Source: Candidatus Giovannonibacteria bacterium RIFCSPHIGHO2_02_FULL_44_11 (GTDB taxonomy: Bacteria > Patescibacteriota > Minisyncoccia > UBA11713 > 2-01-FULL-45-33). Taken from it: DNA of 39,364 nt. Below, one piece after another: positions 1-7,479 of the stretch. The stretch's first letter is position 1, and every line of letters begins with the position of its first letter. Location: positions 9,235 through 48,598 of the forward strand of contig MFHL01000004.1 in NCBI GenBank assembly GCA_001778595.1, given 5' to 3'. The notes below the pieces were generated by a model. It had not been told where the DNA came from. It searched no databases and saw only the letters and a list, made by a program, of their open reading frames with translations. The translations under genes and the position numbers were made by a program.

Positions 1-57
1 GACCTCGGCATCATGCTCAAAACCGCGAGTATTATGATAAGAAGAGGCGGGAGATAA
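1..57 (+). CDS. 3' end (last 18 codons + TAA) of a polyprenyl-phosphate sugar-phosphate transferase (bacterial sugar transferase family); 5' part is outside the window
   Basis: Frame +1 reads DLGIMLKTASIMIRRGGR*. The longer duplicate at 820-915 reads NDLYYVKNRSLLMDLGIMLKTASIMIRRGGR*. Together they resemble the conserved C-terminal tail (D..YY..N.S...D..I...T) of WbaP/PglC-type initiating transferases. Only the tail is visible. Confidence 0.55.
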   Translation, partial: DLGIMLKTASIMIRRGGR

Positions 58-62
58 GCTCC

Positions 63-85
63 ACTTGGAAACCGGGTTTCCAAGT
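63..85. repeat. Perfect 23-nt palindrome acttggaaacc-g-ggtttccaagt (REP-like hairpin), immediately 3' of the transposase stop codon
   Basis: Read directly: an 11-bp stem with a 1-nt centre. The same core recurs at 748-772. Confidence 0.9.
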
Positions 86-88
86 TGA

Positions 89-733
89 TTATTCCAACAA
101 CAAGCGTTCTAATTCTTTAGATTCTTCTTTTCGCTTAAGAATATCTTTGAGCGACCCTTCAGCAAAATTTTTATATTCACCTTTATTCCTGAATTGATCT
201 AAAATTATATCGGGCTTGCATAATCGGATAGATGATTTATTAAAATACTCGTCCAAACTCGAACGGAACACTTTGCCCCTATGTCTGTGAATGAGATTAT
301 TTAAATTAACATATGCGCTTAAGTGCATTAGATACTCGTTCGAATCTATATGGATCGCCTTAAATTGCCCTTGAAAAAGAACTCCGATTCTTTTGTGTTG
401 AGTATTAAAATATTTAGTATATCCCCCGCCCAAGCTCTTCATATAATTGCTAATGCCGTTATCGGCCAATTGTTCAAGAATTAGATGAAAATGATTTAAA
501 TTCAGACAATAGCAAATTATATTTACTAATTTAGATTTTTTAAGTTTTAGTTTTATATCGGAATCGAGAAAAGAATTCTCATAAATGCTGCCGATTGGCT
601 CAACAACATTAAATTCATCCATGCTTAGCAGAAAGCGATCAAAATCTTGCGATTTAGTAAAGATTGACCTTTTATCCGTCCCACGATTATATATGTGATA
701 AAATTCCCCATTCGCAAATTTTATTTTTCTCAT
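89..733 (-). CDS. REP-associated tyrosine transposase (RAYT) / IS200-like HUH-Y1 transposase family protein
   Basis: From the ATG at 731-733 the product starts MRKIKFANGEFYHIYNRGTDKRSIF. HUH motif: NHFHLIL. Downstream: GVLFQGQFKAIHIDSNEYLMHLSAYVNLN, carrying the catalytic Tyr-type 'Y..H.S.Y...N' region typical of COG1943-like proteins. The ORF-track start at 820 is a TTG that reads through the flanking hairpin, so 733 is preferred. Confidence 0.85.
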   Translation of the reverse strand: MRKIKFANGEFYHIYNRGTDKRSIFTKSQDFDRFLLSMDEFNVVEPIGSIYENSFLDSDIKLKLKKSKLVNIICYCLNLNHFHLILEQLADNGISNYMKSLGGGYTKYFNTQHKRIGVLFQGQFKAIHIDSNEYLMHLSAYVNLNNLIHRHRGKVFRSSLDEYFNKSSIRLCKPDIILDQFRNKGEYKNFAEGSLKDILKRKEESKELERLLLE

Positions 734-747
734 AGCACCTACCATAG

Positions 748-772
748 CACTTGGAAACCGGGTTTCCAAGTG
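748..772. repeat. Perfect 25-nt palindrome cacttggaaacc-g-ggtttccaagtg, second copy of the REP-like hairpin, just upstream of the transposase start
   Basis: Read directly. The core is identical to 63-85. Confidence 0.9.
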
Positions 773-819
773 GATAAGATGAACACGTAAATATATCGAA
801 AAACTCAAAAACAAGGCCA

Positions 820-915
820 AACGACCTCTACTACGTCAAAAACCGCTCGCTCCTGATGGACCTCGGCATCATGCTCAAAACCGCGAGTATTATGATAAGA
901 AGAGGCGGGAGATAA
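820..915 (+). pseudogene. Orphan duplicate of the sugar transferase 3' end (31 codons + TAA)
   Basis: Reads NDLYYVKNRSLLMDLGIMLKTASIMIRRGGR*. An in-frame TAA at 775-777 lies upstream, and there is no transferase-like sequence before about 820. The last 57 nt are identical to 1-57. Confidence 0.55.
859..915 (+). repeat. 57-bp direct repeat, 100% identical to 1-57
   Basis: gacctcggcatcatgctcaaaaccgcgagtattatgataagaagaggcgggagataa occurs at both positions. The repeat may extend further left, but the window edge hides this. Confidence 0.95.
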
Positions 916-2004
916 TTAACTCAAACGAGCCACGATGCGTCCAGCGGATTTTCCGTCTCCGAAAGGATTTTTTTTCCATTGATGTTTTTTGGCAAGCATT
1001 GTTTTGACGGCAGCTAAAATATCGTCAGGCCGCACTCCCGGGACCAAAACATTGAATCCCCCATCCACTGTTTCCGGGCGTTCGGTATTATCACGCAAAG
1101 TAACCAGCGGAACTCGCAAGGTAGCGGCTTCCTCCTGCACGCCTCCTGAATCCGTAATGATAAGTTTCGCGTTTTTTTGAAGCTGAAGCATTTCAAAATA
1201 TCCCACAGGCTCTATTATGTTTATTCCGGAGGGCATCTTAAAGCCGAGTGACGCAATTCTTTTCTTTGTTCTGGGATGCAGAGGATACAAAATTTCAACT
1301 CCTTTAAAATGTTTTTTCACCAAATCCAGTCCTTTTAATATATTCTCCAGGCGCTCCGGGTTATCCACGTTCTCCGCCCTGTGGGCGGTCACTAAAAAAT
1401 ATTTATCTTTCTTGAGCCCGATTTTTTTTAAAATTTGGTTTTTTTGGTAACTTGCCGCGTATCTTTTTACCGCGTCAACCACGGTGTTTCCTGTAAGATG
1501 GATTTTTTTCTTATCTATCCCCTCTTTCAGAAGATTATTAACGGAAGTTTTAGTGGGGGCAAAAAGAACGTCCGACAAATTATCCGTCAAAATACGGTTA
1601 ACCTCTTCAAGCATGGCCGTATCATAAGACCGAAGCCCGGCTTCGTGATGCGCAACTTTGATGCCGAGCTTGTTTGCCGCCAAAGCTCCGGCAAGAACCG
1701 TGGTAGTGTCCCCCTGCACCAAAACCCAATTGGGCTTTTCTTTTTTTAAAATTTCAGATATCCCCCTTGTGAATTTCCCGACCTGCTCATTGTAGTTTAA
1801 ATTTCCTAATCCAAGATTATATTTAGGCTTGGGAAGCCCGAGATCCTTAAAAAAAACAGAGTCCATATTTGGAGAATAATGCTGTCCCGTATGCAAAATA
1901 AAAAACGGCACGTTTTTCTTTATGCATTCATGGATTACCGGGGACATCTTTATTATTTCCGGGCGCGTACCCAATATTATCGCGATTTTAGATTTTTTCT
2001 TCAT
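916..2004 (-). CDS. wecB: UDP-N-acetylglucosamine 2-epimerase (non-hydrolysing)
   Basis: 362 aa. N-terminus KIAIILGTRPEIIKMSPVIHE...ILHTGQHYSPNMD, then VQGDTTTVLAGALAA, HHEAGLRS and ITDSGGVQEEA are hallmark WecB/MnaA motifs. ATG start. Confidence 0.9.
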   Translation of the reverse strand: MKKKSKIAIILGTRPEIIKMSPVIHECIKKNVPFFILHTGQHYSPNMDSVFFKDLGLPKPKYNLGLGNLNYNEQVGKFTRGISEILKKEKPNWVLVQGDTTTVLAGALAANKLGIKVAHHEAGLRSYDTAMLEEVNRILTDNLSDVLFAPTKTSVNNLLKEGIDKKKIHLTGNTVVDAVKRYAASYQKNQILKKIGLKKDKYFLVTAHRAENVDNPERLENILKGLDLVKKHFKGVEILYPLHPRTKKRIASLGFKMPSGINIIEPVGYFEMLQLQKNAKLIITDSGGVQEEAATLRVPLVTLRDNTERPETVDGGFNVLVPGVRPDDILAAVKTMLAKKHQWKKNPFGDGKSAGRIVARLS

Positions 2005-3208
2005 TGACTATTTCATTAAATTTTCTTAGCAATTTTGCGGTTGTAGATTTTACTTCATAAAACTCCACAACGTCTTTTTTTACATTAGGCGTTATTCCGC
2101 TGACAAGAATTTTTTCAATAAACTCCCGCATCTTGTCCGCTTCCTGATAATTAAACGGCTGATATCCGAGTCTTTCCAAAAACAAACTTGTCGGGCTGCC
2201 CGCCGGAGTAATTCCTATTATCGGCGTACCGCTTCCCGCGTAATCCACCGCTTTAGAAGGAAAAAACGGGCTGTTTTTAAAATCGGCGTCTATTACAAGC
2301 AAACAGTCCGACTCAGTCATATATTTAAGGCTCTCTTTATATCCCACCGCAGGCACAATATCAGCAATTTTATCCAAGCCGTAATCCGCCAGCATTTGCT
2401 TCACATTCTCAATATTATACCCGGTATAATCGCTTTCAATGCCTACCAGTTTCAGCGCGGTTTTTTGTTTCAATTCAGGATGTTTTTTGAAAACCACGTC
2501 TAAAGCCCCGAAAAATAATTCCGGATTTCTTTGTTTATAAAAAGCGCCGATATAGCTAAAAGTAAATTTGCCGTTCTCTTTTTTCGCGCCTTTCGCGGGG
2601 TAATCCGACGCGTCAAAACAATGCGGCACAACAGCCGTCCTTCCTTTTAAAGCCGCGGGATATTTTTTCATCACAAGTTCCAGCGCCGGCCGGTTGGTAA
2701 ACACAATTCCGCTGCTGTTTTCAATAATAAATTTTTCCTGCAGCCTTGCTTTTATTCCGCCAAATCCGGAAAAATGTTTATAAGAATTGTCCGTCCACGG
2801 ATCGCTGAAATGCGAAACGAACGGGATTCCCAGTTTCTTTTTCAGCATCGCCCCCAAAATATTGCTTTCCTGCGGATTGGAAAAAGAGAAAATCAAATTG
2901 ATATCGTATTTTTTTATTATTTCTTCGGCAATGCCGGAAAGTTTTTTGAAATATTTATATTCGTTCCGTAAACGCGCGAGCTTATTTAAAATGGGGACTT
3001 TCAAAAACGCGCCGGATTCCTTAAATACCGGTATTTTATAAACCGGCACGCCAATATTCCAATCGCCGCATATATCATAGGTTACAACGACCGGCCGGAT
3101 TCCCTGCTTTGTCCACTCCGGTATCATTTTGCCGATCAAAATAGACTGTGGCCGCACAATCGGCGGCGTCCAGAAACTAAGACATAATACTTTTAATTTT
3201 GAGGTCAT
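1988..3208 (-). CDS. Glycosyltransferase, GT-B fold (GT4-like)
   Basis: Preferred ATG at 3206-3208 gives MTSKLKVLCLSFWTPP...; the track start at 3244 is a TTG. C-terminal half: FSYIGAFYKQRNPE...LKLVGIE...FFPSKAVDYAGSGTPIIG, which resembles the donor-binding half of GT4 enzymes. Confidence 0.65.
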   Translation of the reverse strand: MTSKLKVLCLSFWTPPIVRPQSILIGKMIPEWTKQGIRPVVVTYDICGDWNIGVPVYKIPVFKESGAFLKVPILNKLARLRNEYKYFKKLSGIAEEIIKKYDINLIFSFSNPQESNILGAMLKKKLGIPFVSHFSDPWTDNSYKHFSGFGGIKARLQEKFIIENSSGIVFTNRPALELVMKKYPAALKGRTAVVPHCFDASDYPAKGAKKENGKFTFSYIGAFYKQRNPELFFGALDVVFKKHPELKQKTALKLVGIESDYTGYNIENVKQMLADYGLDKIADIVPAVGYKESLKYMTESDCLLVIDADFKNSPFFPSKAVDYAGSGTPIIGITPAGSPTSLFLERLGYQPFNYQEADKMREFIEKILVSGITPNVKKDVVEFYEVKSTTAKLLRKFNEIVNEEKI

Positions 3209-3758
3209 TTTTTGAAATAACTCTTTTATAAGGCAGGAATACAACGCCGTGCAATTCCAAAATATTCACTCCTTCCAGATAAGCCTTTTTTCTGGCGTTC
3301 GCGACCAATTTTTCAAAAGCTTTTGAATTACGATTTACGTCGATATAAAGATCTTCTTTGTCCAGCATCACATATTTTGTCCTAAGTTTTCTGATAATGG
3401 TCTGCATATTTTTAACGCCAAGTCTTGTTTCGATCTTTGGCACAACCTCAATATGCGCCGGTAGTTTTGATTTTATGGCAAAAATCGCCTTCGGATCTTC
3501 AACATTGGAAACGGCAAAATATTTTATATGTGGAAATTGATGCGCAACCGCAATCGTCTCCCCAAGTGTCATTTTGGGCTTGGGAGGCTTTGATCTGCCT
3601 TGTGGATAATCAAGATATACGTCGTGTTTTATTTTACCCAAAAGCGCCAAAAGCTCCTTTTTGTCTTTTATCCACGCAACATTGATCCGCAAAACAACAC
3701 TTTCCTTAGGAAAATCGATGGGCGTCGCCGACAATAAATAATGCGATACTAATAACAT
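3177..3758 (-). CDS. Small pyruvate-kinase-barrel / HpcH-like (PEP/pyruvate-binding TIM barrel superfamily) protein, function unknown
   Basis: 193 aa. YFAVSNVEDPKAIFAIKSKLPAHIEVVPKIETRLGVKNMQTIIRKLRTKYVMLDKEDLYIDV resembles the pyruvate kinase segment '..SFV....D......L......I..KIE...GV.N...I....DG.M.ARGDL..E'. The protein is too short for a full barrel. Assignment is by eye only. Confidence 0.4.
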   Translation of the reverse strand: MLLVSHYLLSATPIDFPKESVVLRINVAWIKDKKELLALLGKIKHDVYLDYPQGRSKPPKPKMTLGETIAVAHQFPHIKYFAVSNVEDPKAIFAIKSKLPAHIEVVPKIETRLGVKNMQTIIRKLRTKYVMLDKEDLYIDVNRNSKAFEKLVANARKKAYLEGVNILELHGVVFLPYKRVISKNDLKIKSIMS

Positions 3759-3759
3759 T

Positions 3760-4191
3760 TTAATTTTCTTTTATGCGCTTAATAATATCGCTGGTTGAAA
3801 TGCCGTCGTGATACGGCAACATTAAAACTTTCCCGCCAATCTTTTTCATTATTTTCTCTCCTGGCGCTTCCTTACCTTCCTCCCAGCCGGCCCCCGGCCC
3901 TTTTGCCAAAATATGCGGTTTTATTTTTTCCAAAACATTATCTGGGGCCAAATCATTCTGCACCAGAACCTCGTCCACAAACGAACAGTGCTCAACCATA
4001 TGGATTCTATCCGCCAAAGAAATTATCGACTCTCTCTTAAAAGATTTGGCTACTTCATCGCTAAAAACTCCCACCACCAATTTATCTCCCAAAGCCTTCG
4101 CTTCTTTTAAAAGCTCAACATGCCCCCTATGGAAAAGGTCAAAAACGCCGTAAGTGTAAACTATGATTTTTTCCTTATTATTTTGCCTCAT
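3760..4191 (-). CDS. tagD: Glycerol-3-phosphate cytidylyltransferase-like (TagD family) nucleotidyltransferase
   Basis: 143 aa. IIVYTYGVFDLFHRGHVELLKEAKALGDKLVVGVFSDE carries the (H/T)xGH cytidylyltransferase signature and is close to the TagD N-terminus. Confidence 0.75.
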   Translation of the reverse strand: MRQNNKEKIIVYTYGVFDLFHRGHVELLKEAKALGDKLVVGVFSDEVAKSFKRESIISLADRIHMVEHCSFVDEVLVQNDLAPDNVLEKIKPHILAKGPGAGWEEGKEAPGEKIMKKIGGKVLMLPYHDGISTSDIIKRIKEN

Positions 4192-5365
4192 ATAACTCTT
4201 TTAACTTATCAACCGTCGCTTTGGTTGCGCCACCTGCATTGTAAGAAATCAGCTTTTCCAAAGCTTGGTCCGTTTTAACCGGTAAATTACCTGAAAAAAT
4301 ATCGTCCAACACTTTGTCCAACGCACCAATATCGCTAACCATATAACCGCATCTCTCCCTGAAATCGCCCAGAGAACTTAACCCGTGATTTTTAAAAAAT
4401 TCCTCCATATGTATGAAAACCATATGCTTGTGCAGAATGAAAAATTCTGTCCAAATAGTGCTCATATCGGTAATGCCGATGTCGCTTGCCATTACGTAAT
4501 CAACGGAATCTTCGTTGTAAACATTAATTATTCCCTTCTTCATTAAACGCTCTTGGGCAAAAAAGGTTTTCCAGTCCACCCCGCCACTTGATTTTTTGTT
4601 TTTTGGGTTTATATACATGCCGGGATGTATTTTAACAATAAGATTTACGTTGTGTTTTTCCGGTATTTCTAAAATGTGCTCTATCCAACTCATTAAACTG
4701 GCATCCTGATTCCACGTTGGTGCATACATAACAGTGCGTTTATTTGGATCCAACCCAACGCCGGATAAAAACCGTTCCCGGTCAATTGTATGATCAAATA
4801 ATGCGTCTGTTCTTGGCACGCCAACGGCATGCATGCGCGGAATTTGTTTGATATTATTCTCCTTACAGTAATTCAGCAGATCGGTTTCGTAAGCCGGGCC
4901 GGAATTAAACGAATCGGATATTTTTCCGATTGCCGGAGAAAAAATGTCTTTATTTTTTGCCGTAGTAGTATGGGGGAAATTTATTTTATATTTTGCCCGG
5001 GCGGGAACCACAATATCGTATGAAAGGGTGGCGTTCAAATAAAAATCAACTTCAGGAAATTTCCGTATCCAGGAAATATCCAATATAAACGGGGGGGTTG
5101 AAACAAAAAAACTGTCGCGAAGCTCGGACAATGCGCCCCTTAGGCCCGCGCGGCAGAAAAAAATTATCGCAGCGTTGTCTTCGCACAGCTTTTTTAAAAC
5201 AGGAAGCAGATAAAAAAATTCATTGGTGGTAGCAATTTCCGCCAATACACTCATATTGTTCTTATGGCGTGCGTTTCTGATTAACAACAAAGCCCTGATA
5301 TACAGAGGTACATCAAATAAAAAACGTAAAAAAACCTTATATAAATATATTAACTTACGCGGCAT
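4178..5365 (-). CDS. CDP-glycerol (or CDP-alditol) glycerophosphotransferase, TagB/TagF family
   Basis: Contains VMYAPTWNQD (the YAPT[WF] motif), KIHPGMY and ITDMSTIWTEF. The ATG at 5363-5365 overlaps the upstream TAA by 1 nt (TAATG). The track start at 5470 is a TTG inside the upstream gene. Confidence 0.75.
   Translation of the reverse strand: MPRKLIYLYKVFLRFLFDVPLYIRALLLIRNARHKNNMSVLAEIATTNEFFYLLPVLKKLCEDNAAIIFFCRAGLRGALSELRDSFFVSTPPFILDISWIRKFPEVDFYLNATLSYDIVVPARAKYKINFPHTTTAKNKDIFSPAIGKISDSFNSGPAYETDLLNYCKENNIKQIPRMHAVGVPRTDALFDHTIDRERFLSGVGLDPNKRTVMYAPTWNQDASLMSWIEHILEIPEKHNVNLIVKIHPGMYINPKNKKSSGGVDWKTFFAQERLMKKGIINVYNEDSVDYVMASDIGITDMSTIWTEFFILHKHMVFIHMEEFFKNHGLSSLGDFRERCGYMVSDIGALDKVLDDIFSGNLPVKTDQALEKLISYNAGGATKATVDKLKELYEAK
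5091..5097. repeat. G7 homopolymer (C7 on the coding strand) inside the TagF-like gene
   Basis: Read directly; encodes T-P-P. Confidence 0.9.
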
Positions 5366-7479
5366 TAATTTAATTCGTGTAAATCCATTAACAAGTCGGC
5401 GAAATATTTTACCGGCCAATTGAGCGCCTGATACGGCTCGTACCCGCCGGATATCGGCCAACTCCCCCAAATCGCGCCCAAACCGCCGAATTCCGGGTCC
5501 AGATTATTTTGGCATACTTTTAAATATTCTTTGGCCCGTTCCGCACATTCCAGATATTTTTTATCTCCATATTTTTTATACGCTTTAATGGCAGTTACAC
5601 CAATTTGTGCAATACCGGTAAGACAAGCCCATTCTACAGTTCCTTTCCATTCTTTATCCAGTCTGCCGGGAACAAAACCTCTTTCGTCCATCACGGACAA
5701 AACTCCGTCCAATGCTTTTTTAGCACTGTTCATAAATTCTTGTTTGCACAAGACTTCTCCCAAATCCCACATACCATCGATCGTGTAAGCTATAGTATGC
5801 AAAAGCGAACCTTCGAACTGTTTAAAATCGGCACCTTCATACCAGCCTTTCTGATTTTGCTTTTTAATAACTGAATTTCCGATTTTAATTCCGAATTGCT
5901 TATATTCATCTTTTCCAAATTTCACCCCGAGTTCCGCCAAAGGAGCTGCAGCATAAGCATAGTAAGAAAGCGGCTGAAAATTATTGCCCACCATCCAATT
6001 GCCGGCCCGCAATGCCGCGTCTTTGTATTTTGCTTCTTCAAACGCACCGTACGCAGCCAGCAGACCTCTTATCACCTGGCCCGTATCAAAAACTTCAGGC
6101 TTGGGATTTTTTGCAATATTTCCGGCCTGTATCCAGCCGTCTTTATTCATCAAAGCAAGCTCCCAATCAGCCATCAGCTTAGCACGTCTCAGCAGATCTT
6201 TGTCGTTTAAAATTTTAGCCGCAAAAATAACAGTAGGAATTATATATCCCGTGGTTTCGGGGTAAGAAGGCTGCCAACCGGATTTCCTGAATTTTCTGTC
6301 CCAAAACAGGCTGAATCCGCGGCTTACTCCTCCGTCAGACGTTGCGTCTTGCGCCGCTTTAAGCCAATTTAATGTTCGTTCCAAATGCTGCCGGTCATTG
6401 CCTGCCAGAGCATAATTCCTGTTTTCCAGAATATTTTTGAAATTCTCGGCTCTTTTCAGACTTATTTTAGCTCTAAATTTATTTTGAATTTTATCCGAAA
6501 AAGAAACTTCTTCCGCGCCTCTCTGTACGCTGCCGATGTAAACAATTTTTTCCATTGTTTTGGAAAAGAAAGGCCATGCTCCGACCAAATCATCGAAAAA
6601 ATACGAAATATTGAAAACGGTTTTCTGAACTGCGTCCGGCGCGAAGCGCCTGAATTTTATAATGTCAAAAAGATAAAAATGGAATCCCCACCCCGCACCG
6701 GCGTAACCTTGCGTCCTTATAAAATTTTTCCGCGACAACTTTTCAAATTCGCGGTACGAATTATACCTGTCGTAAGCAAGGCCCCATGGATTCCATTTTT
6801 GCATCCGGGGAAGCATCCTGAAACGCTTGTACAATTCTTTTAAATTTAATTTATTATACGCCTCAACAACAACATGGCCCGACGGCCTTGTTACCCGCAC
6901 CATCTCCGCAAATGTCTGTTCTTGCGCGCGAAGATGCTGAAATACCCGTATACTCACCGTAAAATCAGAAATTGCGTCTTTGAACGGCAAATCTTCCACC
7001 TGCCCGCACACCAGCCAATAACCGGGTTCTCTCGCTTTTGTGGCCTGCAAAAGATAAAGAGAAGCGTCTAACCCGATCTTCTGGCCCCCTTCAGGATAAT
7101 CCGACAAAAGACGTCCATTACCACACCCCAAATCAAGTATTATTTTTTTAGACAAATCAATTCCCAGCTTTACCTTAAGCTTTTTTATAACATTCAGTTC
7201 TGAAATATGCGTATATTGTCCCCAAGGATTTCCTTGTTTCTTTAAATAAGTATCATATTTTTTTGCGTAGCTCTGGGCATTGTCTTTCAAATCCCAGTGC
7301 CTTTGGTGGATATCTGGAGACTGCGCGGAATTTGGAAACAGAATAGGTATCCCGTCTTTAACCGGATATTCGTCATCGCATATTTTACATTTTAATAAAT
7401 CGCCTGATTCCGCCAAATCACCGCGGCAAGCGCGTTTTGGACAGCGCAAAATATCAATAAATTCTTTTTGCAAACTCAT
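5365..7479 (-). CDS. Three-part fusion: Trm112-like zinc ribbon, class I SAM methyltransferase and a C-terminal alpha/alpha-toroid-like domain
   Basis: 704 aa. N-terminus: DILRCPKRACRGDL...LKCKICDDEYPVKDGIPILF (Trm112/zinc-ribbon pattern). Methyltransferase motif I: ILDLGCGNGRL, with DLPF...FDFTVSIRVFQHL. The C-terminal ~350 aa (SYPETTGYIIPT..., GQVIRGLL, repeated W/G/A-rich helices, ...GSWPISGGY...NWPVKYFADLL) looks like a prenyltransferase/terpene-cyclase-type (alpha/alpha)6 toroid. The toroid call is inference. Confidence 0.6.
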   Translation of the reverse strand: MSLQKEFIDILRCPKRACRGDLAESGDLLKCKICDDEYPVKDGIPILFPNSAQSPDIHQRHWDLKDNAQSYAKKYDTYLKKQGNPWGQYTHISELNVIKKLKVKLGIDLSKKIILDLGCGNGRLLSDYPEGGQKIGLDASLYLLQATKAREPGYWLVCGQVEDLPFKDAISDFTVSIRVFQHLRAQEQTFAEMVRVTRPSGHVVVEAYNKLNLKELYKRFRMLPRMQKWNPWGLAYDRYNSYREFEKLSRKNFIRTQGYAGAGWGFHFYLFDIIKFRRFAPDAVQKTVFNISYFFDDLVGAWPFFSKTMEKIVYIGSVQRGAEEVSFSDKIQNKFRAKISLKRAENFKNILENRNYALAGNDRQHLERTLNWLKAAQDATSDGGVSRGFSLFWDRKFRKSGWQPSYPETTGYIIPTVIFAAKILNDKDLLRRAKLMADWELALMNKDGWIQAGNIAKNPKPEVFDTGQVIRGLLAAYGAFEEAKYKDAALRAGNWMVGNNFQPLSYYAYAAAPLAELGVKFGKDEYKQFGIKIGNSVIKKQNQKGWYEGADFKQFEGSLLHTIAYTIDGMWDLGEVLCKQEFMNSAKKALDGVLSVMDERGFVPGRLDKEWKGTVEWACLTGIAQIGVTAIKAYKKYGDKKYLECAERAKEYLKVCQNNLDPEFGGLGAIWGSWPISGGYEPYQALNWPVKYFADLLMDLHELN

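Larger units (their letters stand above)
58..819 (-). mobile_element. RAYT/IS200-like unit: HUH-Y1 transposase gene bracketed by two copies of the same perfect palindrome, lying between two copies of the 3' end of the sugar transferase gene
   Basis: Palindromes at 63-85 and 748-772 flank CDS 89-733. The 57-bp direct repeats 1-57 and 859-915 flank the whole unit. The outer boundaries are not defined precisely. Confidence 0.55.

Noticed and set aside
734-820. Upstream extension of the transposase ORF to 820
   Set aside because: The track start at 818-820 is a TTG, and the extension reads through the flanking palindrome (peptide HLETRFPS). The ATG at 731-733 gives the typical family N-terminus.
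5366-5470. Upstream extension of the TagF-like ORF
   Set aside because: The track start is a TTG lying inside the preceding gene. The ATG at 5363-5365 forms a TAATG overlap with the upstream stop.
6385-6843. 152-aa plus-strand ORF, and similar antisense ORFs at 24855-25340, 25377-25784 and 36966-37523
   Set aside because: All are shadow ORFs opposite well-supported minus-strand genes.
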